From Isurus oxyrinchus (taxonomy: Eukaryota): 64,000 nucleotides of DNA. How positions within the stretch are numbered: the first letter of the stretch is position 1; every line of letters begins with the position of its first letter. The DNA lies in NCBI GenBank assembly GCA_026770705.1, contig JANJGN010000034.1:3534001-3598000 (forward strand). Direction: 5' to 3'. Below are positions 26,901-41,900 of this stretch, in pieces. The notes beneath the pieces were generated by a model. The model was not told the DNA's origin and did not search any database. It was given only the letters and a program-made list of their open reading frames with translations. The position numbers were made by a program, and so were the translations under genes.

Positions 26901-29900
26901 AAACCGCTTTTATATTCTTATCCCCTGAAGCAAGGTCATCTCGATCTATTGCACAAATGCACTCTTTGATAAACATTGTTATCTGTGCACTTATACCTAA
27001 CTGTCTATTCTGCTCAGATGTCATGTATCCCTCAATATTAAAGACCCACTCTTTGTCGCCCTGTAGCCACATCTCCGTAATTGCTATCTGATCTTATTTA
27101 TTTACTTCAATGTGTGCCATTGATTCAATTACTTCCTTATAGGTGCTACACAAATTTGGATGTAGAGACTTCTGATCTGTCTTTTTGTACATTTCTAACA
27201 TCTAGACTTAAATGTTGATGTCTTAGGTTTTTTCCTCTCTGTCCCTTCCCACCATTGTCGGGCCTTTATTTTTAAATATTTATATTTTGTTCTCCTGTCT
27301 TGATCCTACACTTTGAATTGGTAGCTCGAACCAAGCATGATATATCAGCCCTATTATTTAGTATAAAGCCCTTTCTACTTTACACTTACTTAGTAACTTA
27401 TTGCTAACAAGTTTGCTTTTAGACTTCTCGAGGCAGAGAATGGTCATGCACAAATGCAGATATAGATGGCTCTTGCTGGGCATGAAAGTTTGGAGTTCAT
27501 TTTCACAACACCGCGCACAATTAAAATTATCGCACGATGTTACATTCACACATTTCGCTGATCAATTTGAACTTCAGCCTCGTAAACACCAAAATACCGT
27601 TTTTTATTATGTCGATCTTTAGAACCACTAATAAAAAGGAGCAGAGATAAATGAAAATTTCGCATTCAAAAAAATGTTCATAAAAGCAATGGATTGTTTA
27701 TTCATGTTACCTTTGGCTGCTTCGTCCGTCTTTTTTTCTATTATGGAGAACCACAATTACACAAGTTCCAAATTTATGCAAGTAATGCCCGATTTTTCAT
27801 TAAATTCTGTATCGGGAAGGAATCAGCATACTGGTGCTAATTGCTACATCTACATTTATGTTGGGTTATCTGATATCCTACTACAGATTTATGCAAATTG
27901 CCTAACGATGCAAACATTTTCGACCTTATCTATATCGTGACATTATTATTGAATGTGCAGTTTTAGAAAGAGATAAGCTCTTAGTGATTTTGCATGATTA
28001 CAATAATGATAAGATGAGAAGATGTGAGTTAACAAGCAAATGCACGCACACCACCACACCCGATACTCACCTATTGCTTTTAAAGAGTTTTGGCAGGCGG
28101 CCAATTCTGAACAACAGAAGAAAGCAACAGCTTAGTAGTGAATACAGATTTTTATTTACGGTCTTCAATCCAGTACAAGTTTGAGGAGGATGTTCTTCTC
28201 CTAAACTTGTTAGTCTGTGTTTTTGTTTATTTCAAATGTTGTAGTGGAGTTCATTGGAATTATTTGAGGCTGAAGTAGATCGAATCTTGATTGACAAGTT
28301 AATCAATGGTCATAGGCATTTAGAAAGGGCAGCAGGGTTGAGGGGAATTTCAGATACGTTATGATCTAATGAAGTTGTGGAGCAGACTCGAGTGACCAAA
28401 TGGCATACATTTTCCCCCAATTTTTGTTTCTACATCCTAATAGATATAGATTTATTACACGCGGACTACTGCCTATTTATCAAGCCTCCTGGTTATGAAA
28501 AAAAAACTAATAACATTCCAGAAGGAAACAACAAGCTTTTTTTCTCTGTAATCATGAGCTATCTCATCGACCATTCTCTCTCAAAATATAATTGGGCCAA
28601 ACTCTTGAAATCCCACTGTCGATATTGTGCAAGAGCACAAACATACCAGTTAAGAAGGGTGTCGAGAAAAGGAATTGACGGGAGGACGATATACTTCCAA
28701 GCAACGATGCTGTATGACTTGGAGGATACCTTGCAGGTTGTGGTTTTAAAATTGATCCGCTACCATTGTTCTTCTCGTTGGTTTAAGTAATGCTGTCCAA
28801 GATAGGTTAGAGAATTGCTGCCTTCCACCTTTTGCCTCATCCACACCGTTTCCAGTGTATTCTAATGTCAGAGGTACCGTTTGCTCAGAGCAAGATGGAG
28901 TATGGTTCAATTGGACTGCTTTGCTAAAGGTTACATCGATATTCCTCAGTTATTTTTAAATTCCACTCAGCCAGCGACATGGGGAGCATTCTATCAAAAT
29001 CCTGGTTTTTGACATAAAAATCGTAGAAATTTATTGGGAAGAGAGCAAGTGGTTTCCGTTGAAGAATTTGCAGCTTCTTGCTTCCTGAACCATCAAGTGC
29101 ATTGTATGGCTAAAAAAAAAAGCAAATTTTCTGGCCAATTGCAGCATCCAAAATTTTAATGCTGTCGAAATGGAAAAGCTCGTGCCACTGAATATGAGTA
29201 AGACATTGTTAGATATTCGATTGTTGGAAAGGGTCTTTTTCTCGCATTTCTAAGGCTCTTCCAATATGTTTCACAGTGCAACTCAAGTATGGATGAGCAT
29301 CGCACAATTTGTTATCCTGCTGGTTGGAAAATAATTGCTGAAGCATCTGAAGATGCTAGTTTCTGAGGAACAGCTCCAAGGTTTTCCAGTAAAAAAATGT
29401 TGATGCTGAGAAGATTTAACCATAACAACCACAGCCAAATTCTACTACACTAGATATGAATCCAACTATTGGTTGTTTGCCCACTGAATCCTAATTAATC
29501 CAACTTTGCTTAGGCACCTTTATGCCATTTTCTGTCAAATGCTCATCTGACCTAAAATGCAGTCCCTCTGACAAAGCCTATTGAGTTCAACCCATTCGCC
29601 CAAGTTTTGAGTCAGTCCGTAATGGGTTCAGAAGGCGATTGGCACTGGCAAAAACCCAATCTGAGCATCAATGAACATATATTGACTTTGCCAGCTAGAT
29701 GGGTGACCGCGTGGAAGTTGGGGTTATATAGTTTTACATGGACCACACAAACGCCTGAAGTGCATCGAGGAAATTATCAAAGCCAGCAGTAGCTGCTGTA
29801 CAAAATGCCTTTACCTATTCCATAACATCATTTGAACGGAATCAAAATCACAAATGAATGGCATCTGTGTTTCCAAGGACCACACGAGAAAGCAAAAATT

Positions 29901-32900
29901 GATCATCAATTGGGAACCCCTAGCTGGTAGAACATTGCAAATGTTCCAGCCTTGACTACTTCACAACTGTGCTGCCATCACACATCATTGTCGATATTTC
30001 GACAGCATTGTTTTTTGAATTGGTTTTGGCTCGTTGGTTGATCTCTACACGAACATTCATGTCAATGTGGCAGAACCGCAAAATTGTGCAATGATATTAA
30101 AGAAGGGTAATTAATGACAATTTCTAAAGTATCATTTTTCCAGTATAATAGATGGGCTCTTCAATATGCATCATTGCTTGTGGTGGTCAATTAGATTTCC
30201 ACTTCTAACTCTGGCCAGTGTCAACACGTACCTGCCTCCTTGTCTTTCAAAATCACCTCTGAATGTCAAAAACGTAATTGTGTAAAAAATGTGTTGAAAT
30301 TAATGTAATTAATGTTGCATCGATAAGGCCAAATCCAAACATTTTCTGCCATTGTGCAATGTGGAATACATTATCCAAAATATTAAAATTATGATAACAA
30401 CCACAAAAAAATGTGCATTTCTGAATCAGATTTAACATGCTGAAATATTTTAACTAATGTTCATACATAAAACCATGAGTCAAAGGGCATACAGTAAAAT
30501 TAGGAAGTTAAGTGAGTTAGAGGACTAAATGTCTGCGAAACGATGTTGAGTTCAAACAGAACCAAAATAGAATAACAAAGTTGAGGTAGTGAAAGTAGAA
30601 ATGCCATAGTTAACTGATTTAACAGATGAGGCCACCGTTCTGTTTGCTGGATCGACGGATGAAAGGGATGAACAAGAATTATGAATTCGCAAGGTGCACT
30701 AAAACTGGAATGTCAGAGATCTGGAAGCGAGGAAATTGACAGATCTCTAGGGAGAACTAACTATCGAGGAACAGAAATTAAGCAGTGAGGCTTTGGTGGA
30801 CATAGGGGAAATAGAAAGCGGATGAAGAACAGGCTTGAACTGAAAGGGGATAAGTATTTGGTAGCCTCATCTCACATTAGTGCCAGTAGAAGGATGAAAG
30901 CAGATGATGGTTTGTTGTTTGAAAGAAAGAATGGGATAATATTCAGATATAACGATACTTTGTATAGTCATAAACAAATGTATTAAAGCAAGTCTCTTTT
31001 CTCCCCACGTCTAAGGATTTAACCCTGCATTATTTAATGGAGGAAATGAAAGGCTCGAGTCAAATGATTTGAACTATAATTGATTTNNNNNNNNNNNNNN
31101 NNNNNNNNNNNNNNNNNNNNNNNNNNNNNNNNNNNNNNNNNNNNNNNNNNNNNNNNNNNNNNNNNNNNNNNNNNNNNNNNNNNNNNNNNNNNNNNNNNNN
31201 NNNNNNNNNNNNNNNNNNNNNNNNNNNNNNNNNNNNNNNNNNNNNNNNNNNNNNNNNNNNNNNNNNNNNNNNNNNNNNNNNNNNNNNNNNNNNNNNNNNN
31301 NNNTCTGNNNNNNNNNNNNNNNNNNNNNNNNNNNNNNNNNNNNNNNNNNNNNNNNNNNNNNNNNNNNNNNNNNNNNNNNNNNNNNNNNNNNNNNNNNNNN
31401 NNNNNNNNNNNNNNNNNNNNNNNNNNNNNNNNNNNNNNNNNNNNNNNNNNNNNNNNNNNNNNNNNNNNNNNNNNNNNNNNNNNNNNNNNNNNNNNNNNNN
31501 NNNNNNNNNNNNNNNNNNNNNNNNNNNNNNNNNNNNNNNNNNNNNNNNNNNNNNNNNNNNNNNNNNNNNNNNNNNNNNNNNNNNNATCTACCAATGCATT
31601 TACATAAGAATTTATCACATCTCCTGATTCTCCTTTCCCTAAAATATAAAGCCTTGGAGTAGGACCCCCTACTATTTTCTAGCCCGCTTTTTTTTCTCTG
31701 AAGTTAATTATTGAACTGTCATGTGGAGGTCTTTGCACCTAATCAGAGCATAACGTTGGGCAGTTTATTTCAATTTCTAATGGCTTAATCTGGAAAAATC
31801 TTTCTTGTATCCACCTGGTTATTATTTAATTTCTATCGGCATCTTCTGTTCTTGACACTTCCAAAATAGGTGACCGATTCTCCCTGTGAACTTCATCTAG
31901 ACACCTCACGGTTATGAGATAAAATGATATATAACTGTTGAATCCTGCTTCTACATGGTAACATTAGCCAAGTTCGAGAAAACTTCACACGTGTGAAGGG
32001 CTGCATAGCGAATAAATGTAACAGTTTCTCTCTATCTACCTCGTCCACAGCCCCCGTGATTTTGAGATACTGTGAAAAATATTGAGTTTACCAATCTCCT
32101 TCAATGGCAGGATACCTCGAGTTTCACAAAACTGCACATATGACTGAAGTCCTTCATCCAGAATAATGATACCTTTCATACGGTAATTACAGTTTTTTAA
32201 GTCCCAGATTTCTCCTTTTTGGTCAATACCCAGAACTGAACGCATTGAACGAGTTGAGGCTGAACGAGAATTTTCTAAAATCCATCATAATTTCCTATTT
32301 CTGGCCATTGGCAAATGCTGTGTTTTGCATTAACAATATGTGCACAGTGCCTCATATCTATACGTTCATGCACCCTACTAAGAATTGCATAATCGTCCTT
32401 ATTTTACATCTTATGGATATTTCCCCGAAAAAGAAAATTAAAAATCTTATTTCATAGCAATAGGCGCCACTGTGGTTCGTCTGCCACTTGCCTATCAGTG
32501 CAAAGGGATTACCAATTTACTGCTGGAGTCTGCCAGTATACCGTGCACATTTCACAACCCTTCCACGTTTGTTTTGAAAATCCGCCATCTGGTGCCAATG
32601 ATGTATGACATGCGGGTTGTTATTACCTTCCGACAATAATAAACAGATATCCGCCAATATTTTTTTTTTGTTTCCTGCCACTCCTCAAGCTTCATATTCA
32701 TGCCTGCACGGCCCTTTTATCCAATGCCTCTCAATCTCTTGACACAGTTATGTATTCTGCTCCAGCAATAGGAAACAAAGTTTTAGGGCAACCAAATATT
32801 GATAGCACATGTACATTATTCAACAAATTGAAACATCTTATGCCCTTATTAATTAACCACTTCTTTTGGAAAGGGTGGCAAGTTATGCTCATATAATATT

Positions 32901-35900
32901 GCATACCTGTAGTTGCGAGATTTTTCTTCACCCTTGCTAACTCTACAATTAAAGCAGCAAAGAGTGTCATAATAGTGAGAACCAGCAACAACACCATCCA
33001 TGATGTAGCGTACATTTGCACAGTGGCAACTGGGTGGAGAAGCAGAATAGACTTAGTTGCTTTATTTCAGAAATAAAGAAATAATGAAAAATAGCCAAAG
33101 AGGCCTCAGCTGTTTGAAGAAAATGGTATTGAATCAAAAAACCCCCAATAGGCAGGTTGATTGAACAACGAACTTCTACGTTTTTTTTTTAATAGGACAT
33201 CTTGTGATGTGGTGAGCTTCGAAGAACATGATCGATTAATGCTTGGTGGATGGGAGAATAGGCGGAGATTTGATTTGCCTTGTTCTAGGCTCGACAACAA
33301 GTGAATCGCTTTGCCAGCAATAACAATGGTAATAATGATTTAATGCTGCCGGTTACATTCAAGCATGAATTTGATCACAAACTCGAAACCTATTCATGCT
33401 TGTTAACGGAAACGGGCATTGCGCTGTTCTGTTATTTCCTTTGTAAACCAAATATCACAATGAATGCCGCTGTCCCTTTCTTTTCATGGCAATAACCCAG
33501 GGAATCCGTGCTTCAAAGGTATATTCATTTTCGAAATGGCATAAGTCATGAATCACTGCCTCACCATCTATAAAACTATTCGTGAAATATGCATTTCTAT
33601 TTACATCCGTGACGTTGCATGTTGGTCATGACAGCATCCAGGGCCATATAATTTTTTAATGTACAGAAGCAGGCCCTTCAGCGTATCATGCCATGTTAGC
33701 AATACTGTACCACACGTAGGTGGAACCTTATTATTGGCGATGCAAAGCAGGTCTAATCTCAATCTATTTACTGCTGGGTGTATTTTCTGGCACTTGTGGG
33801 GCTTGTATGCTATGTGTCACTTTCCAGCGGAAGCCTTGATGAATTTCCCAAACCTTGTTATTCTGATGGAGGGACAAAAATACATGAGGCAGCTGAAAAT
33901 GGTTGCTTCTGAGGAGCAACATTGAAACTCTCCAGAAGCAATACGTTAATGCAGCAAAGATTGACCTACGACAACTGCAATCAGTTTCCATTGTGCTAGC
34001 TATGAGGCTATCTAGTGGTTGCTTGCTGACTGATTATTATTTACTTCTGGTTTGCCCGAACTTCCTGATCCCATATTCAGGCAAATGTTCCTAAGTTGCT
34101 AAAACAGTCACTCTCGCAATATTTCTTGAGTTCTTCCTTTTGACCCATGTTTTGAACAATGCTGTAATGAGGTGAGGAATTGATTTCACCTGGTGACGGC
34201 GAATCCGAGGATCACTGAACAAATATCCACATTACAAGTTAGGTGAGTGACTGCGTTGATGTTCCACTTCTGCATGTTGCCTTCAACAACAATAACTTCT
34301 GAAGATCATCCAGCAAGTTATCAAAGCCAGCAGCCGTTGTTGTATAAAATGCCTTCAACTATCGCATGATAACAATTGAACGAAGTGTAAAAAAAAAAAA
34401 AATGTCAGTCATTTGTGCTGCTTAGATCGGCAAGAAGAGGCAAAAAATGATAATCAAATAGGATCCTGTATCTTTCTGAGTGTAACAAATGATTTAGCAA
34501 TGACGTTTTCACATCCATGCTGGACCCCGTCTCTCTGTGGATATTTGGCACCGTCTCTCTTAGTTTTTTTTGCTTGCAATTCATCTCTGCACCAACATTC
34601 ATGATAAAGGTTTTGCTGCAATGTAAAGGGAGGGTCAAGGTTGACAATTTCTAAGGTGTCTCTTTTCCACAGAATGAATGGCCACTCTACTGTATGTGTC
34701 ATTGCTTGTGGTGATCCAATGGATTTCCATTTATCAACTCTTAGCACTGTCAACAAGTACCTTTCCCTTGCCCCTCCAACCTTTCATCTGAGGGAGAGAA
34801 ACATAATTCTGTCAATAATGTGTTGAATAAATTGCAATGAACGTGGAATCAGTCAGGCCAATTCCATGTATATCCTGCTATTTTGGAATGTGGAGTGGGT
34901 GATCCGAAAAATGCAAGTAGTTAATAACAACAACAAAGAAAAAGGTGTTCTTCCAAAAGCACATTTCATATGGGAACATGCTTCAACAAAATTTGCAACA
35001 TCGAAATAAGATATGAAAGAACATATGACTAAAAACAGTGGGTTAATTATGTTGCATAACTAAATCGCTGGTAAGCAAGACATGCTCCCAACTGAATCCA
35101 AAGATAGTAATAGAGAAAGTGAGAGTGGAAATGCCATCGATATCAGCATAAAACGAAGGGGCCAACGCTGTTTTTGCCTGAGAGAAGAATCAGTGGTATG
35201 GACATGAATTCGGACTTCATCAGCTGCAGTACATGTGAAATCGCGTAGGTACGGAAGCCATTTCATAAACAGAAATATAGCTAGAATTTGTTAAGAAGGA
35301 ACATACTTTTAACCACAATAAACCTTTGCCAGGCGTGGAAGCAATAGAAAGCTGATGATCAAAAGGCAGGAAACCAAAGGAGATGTGGGATATGGCAACA
35401 TTGCTTTGCATTCGTTCCAGTAAAATGCTGATAGGAAAGGGAGTCTGGCGATTAAGAAATTGTTACATTTAGTGTGGGTAATCAGAAATAAATGCAATAT
35501 TTTGGAAAGCCACGGGCCCAAGTGATACAAAAATAAAGTATTTTCAACATCTTTATATTTAACACAGCCTTCTTTAATAAATAGCATGAAATGTTCAAGA
35601 AATAAAAGGTGAAAAGTTATTCCTGTTTTGCATTCGGTATCTATCTATGAATCTCTCGATCAAACGATCTCTCTCTCTCGATCTATCTAGCCGTCTGTCC
35701 GTCTGTCTGTCTATGTGTCTGTCTGCTATCCATCCATCTCGCTCTATTTCTCCATCTGTTTATATGTATATTTATTTAATGCATTGACTTTTTTCTCTTT
35801 GCCTAAAGTATGAATTCCAGTAGGATCACCACGTGCTATTTCCCAGCCCACTTTTGTTTTTATTTCTCGTACATTGATTATCAAATTGTCCCGTGGAATT

Positions 35901-38900
35901 CAATGCCGAACATAACCACAGCAGAATCTGTGGCAGGGCATTTCAACTTTTAACGTCTAAAACTCTAAATAACTAGATTTAATTTGCTTGTTTTGTTTTT
36001 GTCCTCTTATATCTAAGCTAATTGTTTTTTTTTACTTATATCGGCTTCTTCTGTTCTTGACACTTCAAATAAAGTTGCATGTATTTATATCTTCTTGGTC
36101 TAGAGCACTCATGATTTTGCGATGCCTCCATTAAAAAAGATGGATTTTACCCGTCTCCAACATGGAAATTTACCCCGGGTTTAACGAACCTGTACACTTC
36201 ACTGTAGGCCTTTGCCTAGAATCATGTTCCTCTGCCTAGTTTATTACATTTCTAAAGCCTCAGCTTCCTTCCTAAACTGTTCTATGCAGAACGGTATGCA
36301 ATTTATCTCTTGAGGCTGAAAGATGATTTCCTGAATCCCATTGGAAATCCCTGGTATGCATTTGTACACAAATCCTCTATTGATAAATGTGCTGTTGCCA
36401 CTTCCTTTCTTTCCATGTTGCAGTTTTGGATAGTTCCCTTTAACCATAAGTGCACATAAGCTCATTCCTATTTGTTGATGCAACCCTCCTAAGAATTGCA
36501 CCATTGTACTTATTTCGGATATTCTGGATCACCCTACAAAACAAAAAAAAATGCATAATTTGTTCGGTCTAGACATTTTTGTGTTTTGTCCGCCTTTTGC
36601 CCATCGGTAAATCCAGCACGCCCATGTACTCCTGTCGTCGACTAGTACGCTCATATTTTTCATAATGCTTCCGAATTTCATTCAGCTGCATTTGTTCATA
36701 AATTCTGCCATCTGCTCCCAATAATGTAAAAAAAAAACACCTGTGTTCATACTACCTAACATCAACGATAAACGACGTCCACCAATATGTTTTGTTTCCT
36801 ATCACACAACAGAGGTCTTGGTCATGCCTTTACGAATCTATTGTTCCAATAGCCCCCACTGAACTGCTAACTTTTCAACACGTTTATGCATACTGACCTA
36901 TAAATTGGAAACGGCGTTTTACTGTAACTAATTATTGATTCGACAGATGTATCAATTAACAAGGCAAAACCTTAGGTTTCCCTACTAATTAATTCACCAA
37001 TATTTTGGTGAAGGTCTTTTTATAATATTGCGCACCTGTATTTTGGAGATTTTTCTTCAGATTTGCTAATTCTGCGATTATAACAATAGAGTGTCAATTT
37101 AGTGACAATCAACAAACAATGCTGTTGCACGGAACATTATTATTATATTATTGAACATAGATTAGGTTACGTTTCAAGGATTAACTAGTGTAGATTCCAG
37201 AGAGTCGTCAATGGTTTGAGAAACAGAATCCAATTCTTTGTTTGGTTTAAGATAAAATCAATAAATGCAAACATTCCAAGGAGGCCTCCACAGACTGACA
37301 AAAACCTTAGCAGATGAGAAATACATCTGTAGGCAATAGGGATCTAAAACGACTTTTTCATTTGTTTAAAGAAAGTTTTATGGCATCCAAAGCCTTTTTT
37401 GAACGTGATCGATTCTTACATGATAAACAAGATGGTCAGCTGAGTTTTGATTTTTGTCGCTGTGTATTGGACGACTGGGGAACAGAATTCCAGAAATATT
37501 AACGGGTGGGGGAGTTAATAATACGAGTTTCGTTGAAACGTAAGTTGAATACAAAATTCTAAATTTAATGATGCATCATAAGAGACGGATATTGCACTGT
37601 TTTTTTTTTGTTTTCTTCATTGCTTTTTGTAGAATATAACATAGCAAGTAATACCGATAAGTGTTTCTTTTCATATCAGGGATTCTGTGCTCTAATGAGG
37701 ATTGATGTTGTGATTGGGGTAACTCCTGTAGTAAATCGTGCCTCTCCATCTGTTTACATATCCCAGGAGAATTCACTTCCATTAGGATCGGTGCAATTGC
37801 ATCTTCGTCATCATGTTATCCACAGCCATTGAAATTTTCACAGTACAGAAGTAGGCCCTTCATTACATTGTGCCATTTTGGCAAAATTGTGGCATATTTA
37901 GATGCAACTTGACGATTTGCTTTTGCACACCGGGCCTAATGACAGTCTGCTTACTGCGGGGTGCAGAAAGAAAGCCGTACTCAAACTGCTGCAAGCCAAT
38001 GTCACATGATTAACGGGAGGTGTCGTCTATAATTCTGAAATGTTTCTGATGGTGGCATGTTGGAATAATGAGCACCAGTTTTCACGGTTAATCAAACCAA
38101 TCCCGCAAGTCCCACCCCAGATGTTCCAGAATATCAGTTGGAATCGGATAATCACTCCTGTAAATGTAATGCTATTTTAAATAATTAATATATGCTTAGG
38201 GAAATGAGGAACTATCTGAGGAAAAAATAACAATTTCGATCCAATTGTTGTTCTGGCAGAGTTAGCCTCTTGCCCTTAGAAGGCGTGGCCTATGTTTTGC
38301 TCTAGCCCATGAGCAACGTGTTCATTCCGAAATGCACTCAGGATTCGCTCCATGGTAATCAATGTTGCATCGTTCTTTGCTTTTTGTGTTCGTTTGTTGA
38401 CCTCTACACCAACATTCAGAACGAAATGACACAATTGCAAGAGTTTGCAACAATACCATTGAAGGCTAAATAGTGACAATTTTTAAGGTCTCTGTTTTAC
38501 AGCATAATAGATCGGCACTGCAAAATGTGACATTGCTTGTGCTGATCGAATAGTTTTGTACTTCTGAACTCTGAAAATTGTCAACAAGTACCTCCCTCTT
38601 TGTCTTTCAACATTGACTCTGTGGGTGAGAAACATTATCAAGTCAGTAATGTCTGAATAAATTTCAAAGACTGTGTCATCAATATTGCAAATCGACACAT
38701 TTTCTGCTATTTTGCATGCGACGTGGAATGCCTAAAATAGGCCAATGGTTCCTAGCCGAAACAAAGAACATTTGCTTTTTTGAAAGTACATTCAACTTGG
38801 GAGCATGCATTGACAAATTGTCAGCCGTAGTATCACATTCAAATGGGCAAGTGTACAAATATTCGGTCAAGTATGAAAGAGGAATAAATGTCTGCTAAGC

Positions 38901-41900
38901 GAGATCTACTAACATTGAATTGAAAAGAACATATGAGGTTGAGTTGGAAGAGTGGAAAATACAGCGCTAGCTTCATAAACTGATGCTGGCACCGCTTCTC
39001 ATCTCTTGGAGACGAATGAGTGGCAGGAGCCAGAGTTGCATTTATGGAACGTACTCAATTTGCAATGTTGTAGATGTGCAATTGATGAAATAGATTGAGA
39101 TCTAGCTGAGTTGGTTAACAAGAAGCAGGGATTAAACAATGACGTTTTGCCAGAAGTGGAAGCAATGAAAAAAAAATTCTATGAAGAAAATGTTTGAACT
39201 CAAAAGGGATTTGGAATATAAAAACACCGTTTGGCATTAGTTGGAAGAGAAGCATGGGGGAAGGTCGCAGTCTGGCGTTGAGGAAGTTTGGATAGTCAGT
39301 GTGGATGACGAGAGGCAAACGGGATATTTTGGACAGTCATGTGCAAATTTAATAAAACAGTAGTATTTTTCCACATCTAGATTTAAAACGGCGTTTTCTT
39401 AAATACTGAACATGAAATGTTCCAGACAATAACTTTGAAAATACATCGCTGTTCTAAANNNNNNNNNNNNNNNNNNNNNNNNNNNNNNNNNNNNNNNNNN
39501 NNNNNNNNNNNNNNNNNNNNNNNNNNNNNNNNNNNNNNNNNNNNNNNNNNNNNNNNNNNNNNNNNNNNNNNNNNNNNNNNNNNNNNNNNNNNNNNNNNNN
39601 NNNNNNTGATAAATGAATAAATAAATATTTAGATATAACACCTCACCGTATTTGCCTCTGTATAAAATATCAATTCAAGCAAGGACATCACTCGTGAATT
39701 CCCAGCGCCTTTTTGTTTTTGTTCTTTCTTGTAAGTTAATTGTCGAATTGTTTTGAGCAGGCCACAGTTGAGCAGTAGTCCAGCACAATGATGGGCACTG
39801 CCTATCGATTTTTAACGCCTACCTCTCTTTGTTTTTTTTTTCGTTTTTTCTCTTGCACCTGCCTTAGTTATTGTTGAAATTATATCGGAATCTTCTGTTC
39901 TTGACTAATGCAAAATAGATGATGGTTTCCGTCTAACTATTTCGGCTGGAGACCTGGTGATCATGAGATACTGCTTTAAAAAAATGATATCAATCTTCTC
40001 CTACATGGTAGCATATCCCGAGATTCACAAACCTGAACAAATCTGTGAAAACATGTATCCTGAAGAACCTTCCCCTGCATTAATTCATTGGTTTTCTAAA
40101 GCCACAGGATCATTCCTAAATTTTTATGCACAGACCTTTACGCAATATCTCAGTTCAGCCTTAACAACAATGTCTTGAAACCCGTCGTTAAGTCCTGGTC
40201 AGCATTTGTGCTCGATTTCCTTTCTGAAAAATCCAACAAAAAGTTTCATTTCATACGTATAAGGAGCAACCTGTTTTATCTGCTTCCAATTTTGCTTCCA
40301 ATCTCCACCCCTGCATCATTTTCACATGGTCCATCTCTGACACTTCTCTTCCCTTCCTTCACATCTCTATCTCAATTTCTGTTGATAGACTGTCCAACAA
40401 TATCCATTACAAGCCTACTGACTCCCACCGCTACGTCGACTACAGCTCTTCACAGCACGCTTTGTGTAAGGACTCCATCCCATTCTCTCAGTTCCTTCGC
40501 CTCAGTGGCATCTGTTCTGATAATGCTACCTTCAAAAACAATTCTTCTGACATGTCCTCCTTCCTTGACCGAGGTTTTCCACCCATGGTCGTTGGCAGGG
40601 CCCTCAACCCTGTCAGGCCCATCTCCCAAGCATCCGCCAACATGCCTTCTCCTCTCTCCCAGAAAAATGATATGGTCCCCCTTGTCCTCACTTATCACCC
40701 CAGCAGAGTCCACATTCAAAGGACCATCCTCCACCATTTCCATCAACTCCAGCATGATGCCACCACCAAACACATCTTCCTTCCTGCTCCCCCCATGAAC
40801 CCCCTCCCGGCTGCATTCCACAGGGATTGTTCCCTCCAGGATGCCCTGGTCCACTCCTCCATTACCCCTTACTCCTGAACCCCTACATATGGCGCCTCCC
40901 CATGCCAAAGCAAAAGATGCAATACCTGCCCCTTCACTTCTCTCCTCGCCGTCCAAGGGCCCAAGCACTCCTCTCAAGTGAAGCAGCGTTGCACTTGCAT
41001 TTCCCCTAACTTAGTCTACTGCATTCGTTGCTCCCAATGCAGTCTCCTTTACATTGGAGACACAAAACGTAATCTAGGCAACCGCTTTGCAGAACACCTG
41101 CAGTCTGTCTGGAAGAAATACCCAAACCTTCCTGTCGCTTGCCATTTTAACTCTCTTGCCCACATGTCTATCCTTGGCTTGCTGTATGATTCCAGTGAAG
41201 CTCGATGCAAACAGGAAAAATAGCACTTCATCTTCTGACTAGGCACGTTACAGCCTTCTGGACTGAATATTCAATTCAGCAACTTTAGATCTTGAACTCT
41301 GTCCTCCATCCCCACCCCCTTTCCGTTTCTTCCCACTTCCTTTTGTTTTTTTACCAATGATTTATATAGATTTTTCTTTTCCCACCTATTTCAAGTATTT
41401 TTAAATCTTGTATGCCCTGCTACTCTTTCCACTGAACCCCCACTGGAGCTCTACCTTGAGTGCCCTGCCATCAATTCTTGATTAGTACATTTGTCCAGAT
41501 AATATCACCACCTCCAATACTTCTTTGTTCCTTTGTCTGTGACATCTTTTGATTATCTGTTTCTATCACTGCTTGCTTGTCCCTACAACCAGCCTTCCCC
41601 CATTTCACTCGCCCACCGCACCCCCCCCCCCCCTCCGACCCACCTTAAACCAGCTTATATTTCACCCCTTTCCTAATATTCAATCAGTTCTGTTGAAGGG
41701 ACATGAGGACTCGAAACGTCAACTCTTCCCCTCTCCGAAGATCCTGCCAGAACTGGTGAGTTTTTCCAGGTAATTCTGTTTGTGTTTTTTCTGCTACTTG
41801 CCTTCGAATCCAAATAGCATGTCCATAAACGGCAGTGGACCAGTACAATATTCAGTCTTCTTGATCATTCCACATTTGATTATCGTGCATTTGTTTTGAG

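Noticed and set aside
27390-27426. Consensus gtaagt donor with a possible exon
   Set aside because: Available acceptors give 14, 26, 34 or 37 nt with stops in phase 1.
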